A stretch of DNA of 64,000 bases, taken from Raillietiella orientalis. Lineage: Eukaryota. The notes beneath the pieces are model-generated. The model did not search any database, was not told where the DNA came from, and worked only from the letters and a program-made list of their open reading frames with translations. Position numbers and translations under genes: made by a program. Positions 36,301 through 50,667 of this stretch are shown piece after piece (the stretch's first letter is position 1; every line of letters begins with the position of its first letter). Location of the stretch: assembly GCA_036172245.1 (NCBI GenBank), contig JAYWIR010000032.1, positions 434,001 to 498,000 on the forward strand, in the 5' to 3' direction.

Positions 36301-37031
36301 GGCAGACTCGTGTTCCCTATTTTCGTGAAAAGTAGAGCAGAATCATAAAACCGTGGGAGATTCCACGGATATCTAAGATTATTCAAATTCACATCGCTCT
36401 CGATAATAAATGAGCAGACGTTGTAGAACAAATGTGCACGCTGAATCGGGCTGTGTTCTAGGCAAAGATCTTGATAAAAAGACAGATGGATCTGCAGAGG
36501 CGGTGTGTGGGGCACAGCTGGAAGAACTTCTGAGAACTTGAGGACTTCTGTACAAATGCCATATATCGTAAAGTCAACCTCACACTGAAAAATGCAAAAG
36601 CATTGCATAGCACACTAAACAGTCCGGATGAAAAAATAAAACGTTCTAACCAGAGTTCGAGAATAAAGGATTCGGTAATTAGACCTCCCACTATAACAGA
36701 TGAAGGAGGTGATTTTCCTCACATTTTCATTGGAAAACCAGGCATCGATTTTCTGTAGGCGAATTTTCTGTAGAAGAAAACCTAGATTTTCATTTCTTTA
36801 CCATTTCAAAGAATAAAGAACAGTAAGACAAACGAGATAAAGAAAGACAATTGGATGGAACAATGTCGTAACAGGAAACCAAGCCATTTATAAAATGAAA
36901 ACTAAGAAAATTGCTTGATAATCAGCAAATGTTTTTAAAAGTCCAGACAGTTTTCCTTCAAGATTGGTACCCCTCATCCTGAAAGACGATTTAATCGATC
37001 ATTCGGCATTATAGTTGATTTCAAGGCATGA

Positions 37032-37071
37032 AAATTTAAGCACATTGAGATTGCTCAATGTGCTTAAATTT
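37032..37071. repeat. Perfect 18-bp palindrome with 4-nt loop upstream of Atg2
   Basis: AAATTTAAGCACATTGAG-ATTG-CTCAATGTGCTTAAATTT. Confidence 0.9.
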
Positions 37072-37859
37072 ATAATGAGCTCAAACTGACATGTGTAACT
37101 GCACTGATGTTGAAATTTGTTGATACATCTTTTCATAAATCTCTGATGATTGCAGTCCAAATCGCATAATTTATTAAAGCTTATTTTTGCTAATCATCTA
37201 AAGCTAATTTCTCCCTCCTTTCAGTTGTTTCAATTCATTTTTTGAATCCCTTATACTGAAAGCAGTGCCACAAAAACCATGTAACTCAAAAAAGTTTTCC
37301 CATTAGGCATAAATTACTATCTTCTGTATCAATCATAGCTTATATTCATCACACTGCGTTGCTTTCGTTGGAAAATAAATACTTTTCCTTTATCTCGCTA
37401 GCTAAACGTGCTTTTCTTTTCTTTAATTTTGTTTAACACCTTTCAGCAATACATTTTCTGTGTGCATTTGGTATTTCCGCAATATTGTGAAAACGTAAAC
37501 ACAGAGGGAAGAATGGTTATTAAAAGCTGAATTACGCTTAAATTAAGGGAAGTAGGGATGAAAAGGTGAGTAACTGTGCAGTGCATGATGAAAATTTGTT
37601 CCTAAACTTGAACTTCCAGATTAGCCGACTTGTATTCAATTATCCAGAATAAATGAATTAATGCCATTTCTTACTTCTAAATGTTTCTATCATTTCAGTC
37701 TTTGGGTAATACGTACGTAATAATCTACCTTTAAATTCGCATGCTTTGTGTTTTTTTGCGTTTTAAGTAATGATAGTAATAAGTATGTGTGATTTTTATT
37801 GCTGTGTATCATTCGGAAGTTACCATAAAAAAGTATTCTCATTGTAATGTTGCTCCTAG

Positions 37860-40800
37860 ATGTCTTGGTTTTCGATCTGGGGAGAAAACTTCAAAAAACG
37901 AATTTGCAGGTATCTTCTGGATAGATACCTGGGTCGTTACTTGGAAAGTAAAATATCATTGGATGAATTTTCCATAGATTTATTCAATGGGACTGGCTTT
38001 ATCCAAAATGTGCAATTTGATGTCCAGGTAATTCGAAGTCATGTAAAATTAGAAATATTTGTGAATTGACTTTGTACAAATTTTAATTTCGTTTGTAAGC
38101 CGTTTTTTCTCCAAGAGACATACTAAGCTAAAAGGTATTTTGTTTTCCTGCTTTCGCATACATAAAAGGATTGCACTCTATAATTTAAACTAAATTTACA
38201 TGGGTATTCGTATGCACGGTATTTGTTTTTCATTACGTGATGGTAAGTATCTTATATTTACTAGGTCAGAAAGTTTCGTTCGATTACTTATCCGTGATTT
38301 TTTGAAATTGTAGTAAATACTCAACTCATTTGAATAATTTCTAAATGACTTTAAAGTAATACGAAAGATGTTTTCCATGTTTGCTGAATTTATTTGCTTT
38401 CCGAAAATCACACGTTTAGTGTTTCAAACCTTCTTATTCCTAAATGCAGTATTGGATGGATTTGACTCAAAAAAGCATAAATTTCTGCAATCCACATCTA
38501 CAATTGCAAAAAATGTGCATTTTGCAAATTCAAGTAATTTTTGAATTTTCAGGCATTAAATGAATTAACTGAACAATACAATATTCCATTTCGGTTTATT
38601 TCTGGTGGTGCAGAAGAAATATCTATTGTAGTTCCATGGGTGAATCTTTTAAATAGCAACAGCTTTATCGAAATTCATGGGTTAACAACAATAGTTGAGC
38701 AAGTACTACCATCAAGCAATGGTACGTGACTCTGCCTTCAATGTGTTTGTTTTCATATTTGCAGTAGACTCCATGTTTGATTCCTTTCTTTGCAATATGA
38801 CTAGCAGCCTACAGTTGGCAGAAGATTGTTTGCGATCCACATATTTGAATGAGGAGGAAAAACTTACCAAAACGGAACCATTTGAAGGACTAGAATTTCT
38901 GGCACAATTTATTGATTCTGGTAAGTGAGATTGAAACTGAAATGAGTCTTTATAAGTCTTTCAGTTTTATTAAAAGTGGAAGTGCGGTTCATTGATACAG
39001 TTGCATGTTTTCGGCATACATCTTCTCATACTGGGACCCGTATAGATCTAGAGTTGCGAGTGTTAAGGTCAGTTTGAGAATTTCAAATGCACAGTGATAT
39101 AAATGTTGAGTAGGCTTGATTATCATTCTACTGAACTTAAGGATCAGGAGAATCTTGGGAATGCCTGGAGTGCTGATAAGAGAATTCAATTAGAGGGTGT
39201 ATCTCTATCTTTGAGCAAAATGGTAGAAGTAGTAGATCAGGTAAGTAAGATATACTTTAATGGGAATAATGCATGATGCTAACAGAAATTGGCTAATGTT
39301 TCTCCTCCTGAGTCACATAAGTTGAAGACCATATTGATTGGTAAAGCCTTTGGCAAGCAAGAGATGATTTTCAGATTTCCACATATGGAGCCTGGAGTTA
39401 CTCCAAAGGTTTGTATGTGTGAAGTGCAAATTGTAATTTTATTAAGAAACACTATTGAAATATGTATATATATGTTCATGTATCTTCGATGCAAATTGAC
39501 TTTTAATTCTAGTTGTTTTTTTCTTTTTTTTTCCGACCAGTGTTTCTGGAAAGGTTTTTTGTGTGTTGAACTTTTCTCTGCAGTAGGTTTTATGATATAA
39601 GAATCAATAAGTTTCAGTTCAGTTTTTTTATTTTCATTCTGGTTCCCTAACTGTGTTTAGAATGGACTGAAGATTCTTTTTTTTCTTTTTTTGTCTTTGA
39701 AGAACAATATTGCATATTTACCAATATTGCCTTCTTTAAAGCAAAAGCAAATAAATCAATGAGTCTTTGATGGTGTGCACAGTTCCTCCTTTTTAGTCAT
39801 TCAGACTTATAAGTGAGGATTATGCATCACTGAGTAGCTGAATTTGATTACAAGATAATTTACTAAAATGGAAGTTTTTGTTTTTTTTATAGCCGGGAGA
39901 TAAATCAATAGCTTTGCTATATTTTATTTATCTATTTTTTTTTTCCAGACACATATTACAGCAAACCTTGGAAGTCTAATACTTTTCCTAGCACCTAAGC
40001 AGATAACTGAACTGCTGGATTTCTTCAGAGATCTTGTTCCTTCTCAGGAAACTAGGTGGGTATCACAGGAAAGCAGTGAGTGCAAATCAAAGCATAGTAT
40101 GAATGATGAAAATTTTGACTGAATGCATACGTTTCCATTGTAAACAGAAGTTGAGGTTTTCATGGTGCAAACTGATTTTCTTTTTTTGTTCCCCTTGATC
40201 AATTTCCCAAAGAGGGAAAACCTTTCCTTTAACCTTGCATCCATTATCAAATGGAGGCAAGCTTAGTGGATGATGTTTTCTGAGCACCTGTTAAAGCAGA
40301 AATATTTTTCTAACATTTCTATCTGGTTCTGTATAATTGCCTTTTTGTTTGCGTATCAGGAAACTCCAAGACAGACCTATGAGACCTGAAGATTATTATG
40401 ATATCAAAGCTCAGTTAAAATTGAATCTCAAAACTGGTCATCCAGAACAGCATGTGAGACAATCCTGTGGCCTGCAGAAGGGACAAGGATGGTCATCAGC
40501 AGGTGCAATTTTATGAGCAAAGCGCATTTTCCAATTGTGTCAAAGTATGCCTGTTTATGTACGTTAGACAAAAAACAGCTTAGACAAAGAACTGCTTATT
40601 GAGTGCTTGTGTGCACAAGGAATATCTTTTTATACGTGCATTAGTAAAAAGGGATGGGAAGAATTCGAACTTCTCAAGAGTAACCAGCTGTTGTTCCAGA
40701 AAATCCATCTATGAGAGCCCATGGGTATAGTGGGTTTCTTGAGGATGATAAGGTTGGCTTTCACCATGATCCAATGTTCGCACCTTTAGAAGGATCTAAG

Positions 40801-43800
40801 GATTTGTTTCAAAGGTAAGAGTTTTGTACAATGATGTTCCATGAGACTCACAGCACCTTTAACAGAAGAACCAGTGTATTTTTTCTTTGCACCAGAACAT
40901 TGTTGCAAAGAAAAAATAGAATACATGCTTTCTGTAAACATTTGTAGTTAATTATATTATTTTTCATTAATGTTTTCCACTGCACAACAACTGATATCAC
41001 GTATTTGTACTGGAAGTTGTTTGGGCAGATTTGCTTCTATATTCCAAGCTGGCTGCATTTTCTGTGCCAGCTTTTGAAAGTGTTTCATAAAATGGAGTTT
41101 TTATTCCCTACGTTTTCAGTTCAACATCAGTACAAAGGAGTACTTAGTTTCAAATTGTTTTATTATTATATTATTATTAACAAAGGATATTAAATTTTGA
41201 TTTCTTTCAGGATTGGTAGTCTTGCATCTGGGAGTAAAGATGTCAGGCTTAAGGGTGAGTACCATTGTTTCAGTTTAAAAAGAAATGAAAAAGCAAATAC
41301 ATATTTGCATGTTGTTCATGCAAGCAAATATGTATCTGTTCGTATCCAGAAGCTTTTTAGATATTCAAGCAATACCTCTTAAAGGATTGAGACTGTCATA
41401 CAAGCATTCTTCATTTGTTGGCAAATTTCAGAATTTTCTTAATACTTTTGCCAAAACTTTGAATTTTGCGATTTTTTTATCACATGCATACCAAGTTCAG
41501 GAAATTTCTTATTCCAACTAGGTTCATGGTAGGTCTTTATTGTCCTTAAAATTTCGTTGCTTCTAATCTTTATGTTAGCTTAATGTGTTTTTATGAGCAT
41601 GATTAGTGAGCAACTCTAGAATGTAGCTTATCAGGAGATTAAGTAACTGTTTAGTAAGTAAACTACAGTGCAATATGCAGCACATTTCAAGATTTTGTGT
41701 TTTTTCCTGGTTGATCATGTTACCTTTCTGTTTTAGTTCTGTTAGGTTGACTTGTCTTTTTATATAAATAAGTATTTTGTACAAATCGTAAGTTTGCTTA
41801 AAAATTTAAAATTGCATGCATTAGTTTAGTTTTTGCTTTATTTGATTTATAACAAGTGATTGTCAATGCATTTGGTGTATATATTTTTGAAACTTGTAGC
41901 AGCTAGTGTTATTGGTTTCCTGATTTGTTCTCAAGCACACTTACCCTTGTGGTTTTGATGAATTACACAAAAGACACTAAGGAAGTATTTTACTGTATCT
42001 GTTTGAGCAGGATTGCAACTTGATCTGGTTTTTAATACTCCACCACATTTTGTAATTAACCCTTACGATCTTTAAATTTTTACCAAAAATTTCAAAATTG
42101 TTGCTAGAAGCAAGGTAGCATTTACAGAAAGAATACTGGAATATATCTTGTATTGCATACCCCTGAAAACTGTAGTTTTTTTTTTTTTTGGTATTTCTCC
42201 TAAACTAATGATGGTTACATTAAGGAGATGAAAAGGTGTAAAATGAATTTTGATGAAGGGGAATACATCCCTTTTTATCATTCCATCTAATGTTGCATTC
42301 AGAGCCATAGTACTAAGGCATTTGTTTTGTAGGTTTGTTCCCAGTGATGAACAGTCACACTCATCAAACAGTATGCATGCGGATTCCCAGTGTTGCAGTA
42401 GTCATTGCATATGAATTTCATAATGAAGCACACAAGAGTGACCTATTTGAAGAATCATCCTGTAGAACAGCAGACAGATTCTTTGAAGTTTTGGAATTTG
42501 AATCTGTATTCTCCACTGGTTGGAAGGAAGTTAGCACCTTCAAATCAAAGCTGCAACAAGCTTCCACTTCCAATTTCATAAGGTGTGTAGTTCCGTCTTT
42601 CTGTAATATATTATTCTTCCACACAGCATAATAGCCATGCCAGTGACATTTGAATATGCTACTCAAGGATATGCTACTTATATAGATACTCAGTACTGTG
42701 GCACAATTGGCATGGTTTCAGTCTCAGAGTGCTTGTATCCCCTATCAGCAGATGATTTTTGTGATGAATATGAAGTACGAAATTTCTGTTTTGTTTCTCA
42801 GCCAATTTGGTTTAGATTTTTCAGTTGCCATATGAAAGTGGTTCTAGTCAAGAAGGAAAACCACTTAGCATTCAAGTGAATCATATTTACAGAAGCAATG
42901 GATTCTTGAGGAGAACTGAAGAACATAGCAAATTGAGGTATAGTAGAGTGCACACCATGCATGAAAGAACATGTATACATTAGCATAAGAATCAATCTGC
43001 CTGCCATCAAAAGTGAATTGGATGTGACCTTGCTGAATCGTCTTCATCATTTAATCGAATCCTTGACTACAGGAATTGATGATAAGAAAGTAGGTTTCTT
43101 TTATTTCAAATATTTGCTGTAATTAAGAAAAGGGAACAAATATTGTAAAGGGTATATACTAAGCTAGCCAATAAAAACACATTAGCTGGTGATTTCATTT
43201 ATTTTTAAAACTGAATTACTGTTTATGGTAATCATTGAATGCTTTATGTGGAAGAAAATCGCAGAAAGTTCGGAAGAAATGGGAGCTTGATGCCTATAAT
43301 TATTGTAATTAGGCAGTATGCTTTGTTTATGTACTAAGAAGCCACTATTAATGTTTGTGTGTTCTACTAGGATTAAATGTATTGTCGCTGGCAGAAATGT
43401 TGGAAGACTTACCAAAGATTCATAATTCCATTAATGAGAATAACGGAATTCGCATAGTTTTTCTGAGATAGATTTATCTAGCAAATTACATAATGCAGTA
43501 TCCTCCAAGATTGCGATTTTTTTTTTCAGTTTTTTACTGGTTTTATCGATCGATTCTTAGCAAAACTTTATATGTTATCCTTGTTGCATCTCCCTCTCCC
43601 CCATCCTCCAAACATTACCAGGCAATTTTTTTTCTCCCTCATCATATGTTCCTCATTACAAGTATCACATGGACCCAGAGTGTATGAAGCCCTGCAAATG
43701 ATTTATTAATTCAGGCAGGCACAAAATAAGCTATAGAAAAACTAAGTTCAAATTGTGCAATTATTCAAACAAAAAAGGAAAAGATAAAAGAATTGAATGA

Positions 43801-46800
43801 CAGGTTCTTGAAAAGTTTTCCTAAACATAAGCACAATAAGAACACAAGATGGAGCATTTCCCATGAGCACGTGAATTTCCTCCTGCTTTCGATTTTATTT
43901 ATATTTGGCTTTCAGTCAGCTGTTTTTGCTCAATCAGAAAATGCAAATAGTCTGGAATTCCATAGCCATAAAAATGGGTTTATTTTTGTTAATGAATTAA
44001 GTATGGATATGAAAATCCCGGTTGAGCTTTGAGACTGAAATTATTGAAATAACTCAATCCTAAGGTTTCTTCTCTTAGCATGTTGACTGCTCCATTTTGA
44101 ACTGAAACCACATTTGAGAAAGAAAAAGCATACACTGTTCGGGTGCAAAATATTTTTGAGAATGGGCTTTTGCAACTCTCCTCCAGTAGTCTTTTTGAGT
44201 GCAGATTCATAAGCAGTGATTATGGAAAACGAATTTTACAACAAAGGTAGATTGTAATTCGAACGTTGCTTTTTTAAGGTGATTACTCATAATTGAAGTA
44301 CATTTCCGAAAATAGAGCTTTTGAAGTATTTGTGGAAGAGTTTGTTTCTGTATTATTTGAAATTTTTATCCGAATGGGATTTCGCATTATTTTATTGGGC
44401 ACAATTAGGATCAAGGATCACTCATCCCACATGGTTAATTTTATTTTCTGGTGAATACAATTTATCTCCTGCTTTCAGTTTTCCATGTAACAGTTACACT
44501 CATAGTTTAAATTGCATTTTTAAGCTTGTTCTGTGAACAGGACTTTGGGTTTTGTAATTATGTTTATTTATTTATTTCAATATATTCCTTATTTGAATTC
44601 TTATGTTTACAATATTATTTGAAGTAATTTAGAACTCAGAAACCAGATTTATATACCATTATCTCCTTCATGGTTTTAAGTAATAAGGGAAATACCCTGT
44701 TTTGGCTATAAAGTATGACTTTGACATGTAGTGGCAGTTTATGATATTCATCCTTCTGTAACGAAACTTGTTTCATAGAAAAGATGTATTTGGAAAGTAT
44801 ATATTTAATTAATTGTACTTGAGCAGATTAGCATTCGTTGAAAAATGGGCACCAAAACTGGAACTGTACGTTCGTGCTGACAAATAGAAGGAACTTAGCA
44901 AAGGTTGACAACTTGTCAAGCGTGTTGTGTGATTCTTACGAAATCAAATACCGGGAAAGCAATGAAACTTCGAAAATATGTGACAAAACAATGTTAAAAA
45001 CTTAACATTAGTCACACGATAAAGCGTGATACAACAGGAAACATAGTGGTATTTATTCTGGAAGCTGATGGGGTTTTTTTTTCTCCCCTCTTTCTCTCTC
45101 TCAACACTACAGACTTCACATCCTTGTGATTCCTCTGCATTAAGAGCAAAATAAAGTACCTCGTTCGTAAGAAAAAGAATGTCTGTCTACAAATGACTGC
45201 TGAAAGGGAAATCTATTTTTATAACACCAAATCTAGCAATGAAATTCAGCTCTCTAAATATCAAGTAAGAAATGGAGAATCAAGAGAACATAGATTCATT
45301 TCTAGCCCATGAGATGCTAAAGCCCTTCACAGTTATCAAAATTCAGTGTATTAAGTAGGAAAGCTAAACAAGAATTTGTACGAGTGTTTTAGAATGCATC
45401 AGAAAGTCTCGGTATTTTTCGCAGCCTTGCAAAAAAGTCTGCCTAATTTTTGATAAAAAGTTCATCAAATGGTCTTTAGTGCCCACAATCTTACATCTTC
45501 AACGTTGAGCATGTATCATGAAATATGCTTCCCTTTGTCTTATGTCTGGCAAAAATATTGGCTAAGCATGTTGATATGTTTAATAGATTATTGTAATTTC
45601 AGATGAAGCAACATAGTTATGATGTCGAAGACAATTACTTTGGCTTCCGTGATGTCCAAGTATCCATACCAAAATGCGAGTGTCATATCCGGTTTCCTCA
45701 GCTAGATCTGAGCACATCATCCAAATCAAGTCATGATTCAAACCAGAAGAGATACCTCCAGAAAGAATTCTTGATTGTAGAAATCCAGGATAGTCTAATA
45801 AATGGGAAATTTCGAGAAGAATGCCAGAGTTGTTACACGTTATGCATGCAGATTCGTTATGCGTATGTTTTCTATAAAGACGGTGATGGACCAGCAATTG
45901 CTATCCTTGCAGTCAAAAGCGATTCAGTCTATGATCATGATGAGATCCTAGGCCTTGGTTGGCCAAGGTATGCATGCAGCTTCCTATGTTGTATACTACA
46001 TTCACTTTCCAAAGCTGTTTCTCACAGGGAAAGTGTTTCAATTGAGAAAATTGTTTTCCTTGGTATTTTCCATTCTAACTCTTATGTATTTGCTGAAATC
46101 AAGTCAATTTGCAATTGAGCATACGACAAACTGTAAAGTCGACCTTATGAATCATACAGAGCTTTTCCTTTATTTTTGTTTTCTTATGGAAGTTATTTTT
46201 GTCCAGTGAGAATTCTGATTCTCACAGATTTCTTGCTCCTTCAAGCTTCATTTTGCATTTTCTTTGAAAAATCGTTTCTAGGGTCAGTTGTGAAACGAAA
46301 CTCTTTAACTAAGTTTGCATTCGTTTCCTAAAGTACAATTTTTTTTTCATGCATATAACAATATCACTTGTATTGATCTTTACTAACGTTTTCTTTATGG
46401 TTTAGGGTCACCCTTCAAATCTGCTTAGCTAAAGAAGAAATATATGAAGTTAACGAGCTGAATATTTTCCAAGATGAAGAGTCCTCGAATTCAGAGTCGA
46501 CTTTTTCTGCTAACCATCACAAGAATTCTGTGCTATTTAAAAAAAAGTTGCTGCTTGTCGAAAATAGGTATAATGTTGAAACCAGGGAACCTAATTACAA
46601 AGGTACTTTCTATTGTATATTTTGGAATGTTAACTCCTTCTAGTTAGATCATGAAGAGGAATTTGTTATTCCTGGTAACCGAAGAGATATGCAGCAGTTT
46701 ATACGGTCATCTACAGCATCATGTGAATATTCCTTGGAAGTTTTTTGCCCCTTGTTATTAATTTGTTTACCGGACAAAAACGTTTTAGAAACCTTGTATA

Positions 46801-49800
46801 ATAGGTAACCGTTTTTGTATTTTGTACCTGTGCATTTAGCATTTACACATCAGAATCTCGTTTGATCTGTTACTGTGGAAGCCTGGATGTGTATTTTGTG
46901 GCTCCAAACGTGTGCTTGCATCACTTTCTGTGTACGAGAGTTTTCGACCATGCCATTGTGAATCTACTTCAGGTGAACTTGATTATATTTGAATTTTCTA
47001 ATAAAGCATGTGCGAATTTTATTGTGTTCAACTGAACTTATAGTGCATGAAAGAATCATTTTTTTCATTATTTTTATTATTACGACCATTATCTTCTGAG
47101 CAGTGTTTTTGTACATTTAATCCGCTAAATATACTTCAATATGCAAAACCTGTAAGCAGTTTGTACTTTAATGATTAGCATCTTCATCTGATGAGCTAAG
47201 TGATAGTGAGTTGTACTGTTCCATACATTGTGATAAGAAAAAAATGTCAAAACCAAGCAACAAATGCATTTTGACTGATGGGCTTGCTTTTGGGATAACT
47301 TTTAATCAAGCTTCGGTTCTCATCAGCACACCATCTAAGGTCAGTTTTTTTTTCTTCTTGAATTCAGGTGAAACCTTAGTTAGGATGTAGATGGCAAATT
47401 GTTGGAGAAAACTTATGGGTGTCTTTGGCTTCGATTATGCGATGGATGTTTGTTCTCCTTGACAGGCAATCAGCAGTTACACAGAACTGCTTTGTCATGT
47501 TGCTGGGCCAACAAAGGTTGCATTAGTTTTAAACGTAATGTAAGATTCTTTGGGTGTGGGAAACTTAGCCTTGACTATTACAGCATCATCAAGTGTGAAA
47601 GCAGATTTGTTTACGATTGAATCCAATATGGATGCCGTCTTGAAAGATTTTTATCTTTTGATAAATCTTTCGGAAGAAGGCCTTTCATCATATTTTTATG
47701 GCTCTGAAAAAAATGGTTTTCATTCAAAGGATGCTCTAAACTTTTCCCTGAAATGCTCAATAGATGATGAAACCGATCTCAAGGTAAGGGAAATGATTAA
47801 TTATAGTAGGGTATTCTCTCGTTTCAAGATTTATCAAGTCGCCGTAGGTATTGAGAATGTTACCCTGTTTCATCGTATGTATGAGAGTAATGAAAACTGG
47901 CTGGCCCATTTGATGGAGTTTTTCGACATTAAAGAATACCCTATCCCCGGTTATGAGTCTCCAGCCGTCATTACTGAACTTCATTTGCATTTTTGGAACT
48001 GTGCAATAGATTACAGGTACAGGCAGAGTTCCATATGCATCATGCTATGTGCATCTCCAGACCACTCTATCTCCCATATCGAAGCATTGTGAGTGCGCGA
48101 AACTTTAGTTTCTCGAGCAATTTAACTGCCCAAGCCAACCAATCTGTATTAAGATTCATCATTGAAGATGCTGCTTTGTTTCTGTCCACCAGATGCAAAG
48201 ATGTTATGATTGATCTCAAACGTGATTTCATCTGTATACTTGATTTAGATTTTTTGGATATCATTTTAAGAACTTGTCAGAACCATAAATTGGGAAGGCC
48301 AAAAACCGAACTTGTTGCTACCAACAACATTGTCCATTTAAGAACATGTGTCGATTCGTTCATTGCCTTGTCAGAGCTTATCAACTATTACGCCAATTAT
48401 GGAGACTTGAACAATCCACAGAAAGAATGCGAAACGCATTCCGAGAGCGAAAAGGAGGGAAACATAAATCAGATGCATGACATGATCGAAGATGCGATGC
48501 AAGAAGCCACCAATAAAAAATCTGGTACAATAGCCATATATAAGGTGTAGGTTATCATTTACGCAATCATAGAAAAGGTGGATAAAACAAGGGTGGTGAC
48601 CGAAAATCAAACCATATTTTACTTTCCTGACGAATCAGCCAGTGTGGATGATGCTCTCCTGGGCACAAATGCAAGTACATTGGAAGAAAGCTTTGAAAAT
48701 TCTGAAGAAGAGTTCTGCGTTCTTGAAGATGACCCTGGAACGGGGTTCACGGTAACTGTCGCGCCCCAATTTGTGGTATGGTTCTTGAGCCCCTTGTCTG
48801 TTGTATAGCCCAAGTCTGGTGAGCCAGAACTAAGAATATTGAACCCTTTCACGGTTATAGAAAATTTCGTCCCTATCCCCAAAACCAAGAGAGATTATCT
48901 CCAAGCTCCAAAGCATTTTCCAGTTCCCGTCATGAAATTACACTTGCGAGAGCTGACTCTTATGTGGCAGTTATACGGTGGCTCTGATTTCGACACATTA
49001 TCCAAAAGGTATTACAATAAGGTATTCTAATAAGCTGTATACATGCTGCATATACACGCTTTTGGGAAAGATGGCAATCCTTAATGAAATTCTAGTTCTC
49101 CAAAGCAACAGATGAACGAGGAAGTGCTGCCTCCAGCTTCCAGAGCCGGACCCACAGTGGGTTGCAAGAAAATTGAAAACGAATCTTTTCAAGTGAAAGT
49201 CTGGAAGGATTTTAGTTGCCCTCACGTGAGTTCTTGTATTTGTTTGATAAATAGTACGACGTACTGGTTTGCAGACACGTTCAGCGAATTTCAGAAGCTC
49301 AAAGAAATGGATTGAAGATGGTGGGGCACACAGGAGACTAGATATTTGCATGGAATTAGTGCTTTCTAAAGTAAGAAGAGTGACCGTTTCTTGTTTCTTG
49401 AACAAAATGACCCTTATTTGGTTGATCCGTTGTTGCTTAGATGATAGTTGTTTTTACCATTGTTTTGTTTCTGCGATTTCTGGGCGCACTTAGCAAAGTG
49501 GATACCTTCACTTAAGGTTCTCCTTTATGTGAGCAGTGCCTTCGTACGATGCACGACATGCCTGCATGCGCTCGAATTAGAGGTTAATCCGAGGAATTTT
49601 TTTTATCGGGATTGCTTCCACAGATCGTCTTGACGTTTCGTTAATCGCTGGAATTTCTTGGGAGGCCTTCTCCGTTTAGGCCAACTGATCAAATGAAACA
49701 CCCGGTGGGTCCTCGTGGGTTGGTGTCTCGTGTTGGATGTCCTTTCCATGACTCGCCTTCCTTGAAAAGTATTCTTGCCCTGGTCAGCATATGGAATTTT

Positions 49801-50632
49801 CTTCTCGGGTTTTCTTAGGATCCAACTCTTTTCAAGAATACTTGGCTGATAAATTCGTTTCGTGAGTATTTCTGGAATAGTCCTAATGTAATCCGTAAAG
49901 CAAGACATTTAACATCTTTGTGCTTTGGTAAAGTGTGAGATTTCCGTTATTTAAGATGAAATGAGATGCCTGTGAAATTTCGCCAACCATAATAATGCAT
50001 CTGTCGCAAACGCAGCGAAAGAAGAAAATCAAGTAAAAGGAAAGGAAAAAAACGCGTAACTTGAAAGGTCTTCGGGCCCGGTCATTTCTCCGTGTGAAAG
50101 TAGGTAATGAAATTCTTCCGACGGGAAAAATGTAAGTCGACGGCAAGTGCTCGTTGGGCCCGTGGGTCGCAGCCTATTTTCTGTGATTCGTTGTGCCGTC
50201 TGTGTTGGGGAAATAAGAATGCACGCCGCGGCCACTTTTTCCTTAAAGTGGGAGCCCGTAGAGTAAGCTCCTCTCCCTCTGAAACCAATGTTCGCGTCAC
50301 GCACTCTTCCCAAGAGTCGAAGGGCAAAGATCTGAGGAAGACGCGTTTGCGTTCATCGTTTCGAGCGTTCGTTAATCAGGGGAACCGGACAAAACAAGTC
50401 CTTCAAAGATTCGTCTCTTCTGTGCTGAGGATGCTGCCGTGTGCTGACTTCCTGAGCAAAGCGCTTTGTCGAGGGCATTTCAAAAGGAAAGACCCTGGGC
50501 AAAGCGGTTTGCAAACGTTGCTGACGCGGCCGTAGTGGTGATAACCGATGTTACTGATTCTTTTCTCCGGAAAATATTTCTCGAACGCAAACTGAAAGAC
50601 GATGTTTCTCCTGCCCCTTCGTTTTGCGTAGG

Positions 50633-50667
<35 letters not shown>

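Noticed and set aside
33400..37000. Possible minus-strand gene divergent from Atg2
   Set aside because: Scattered splice-like sites but no recognisable protein or consistent frame.
50633..50667. T19-A16 palindrome in an Atg2 intron
   Set aside because: Homopolymer juxtaposition; low information and error-prone.
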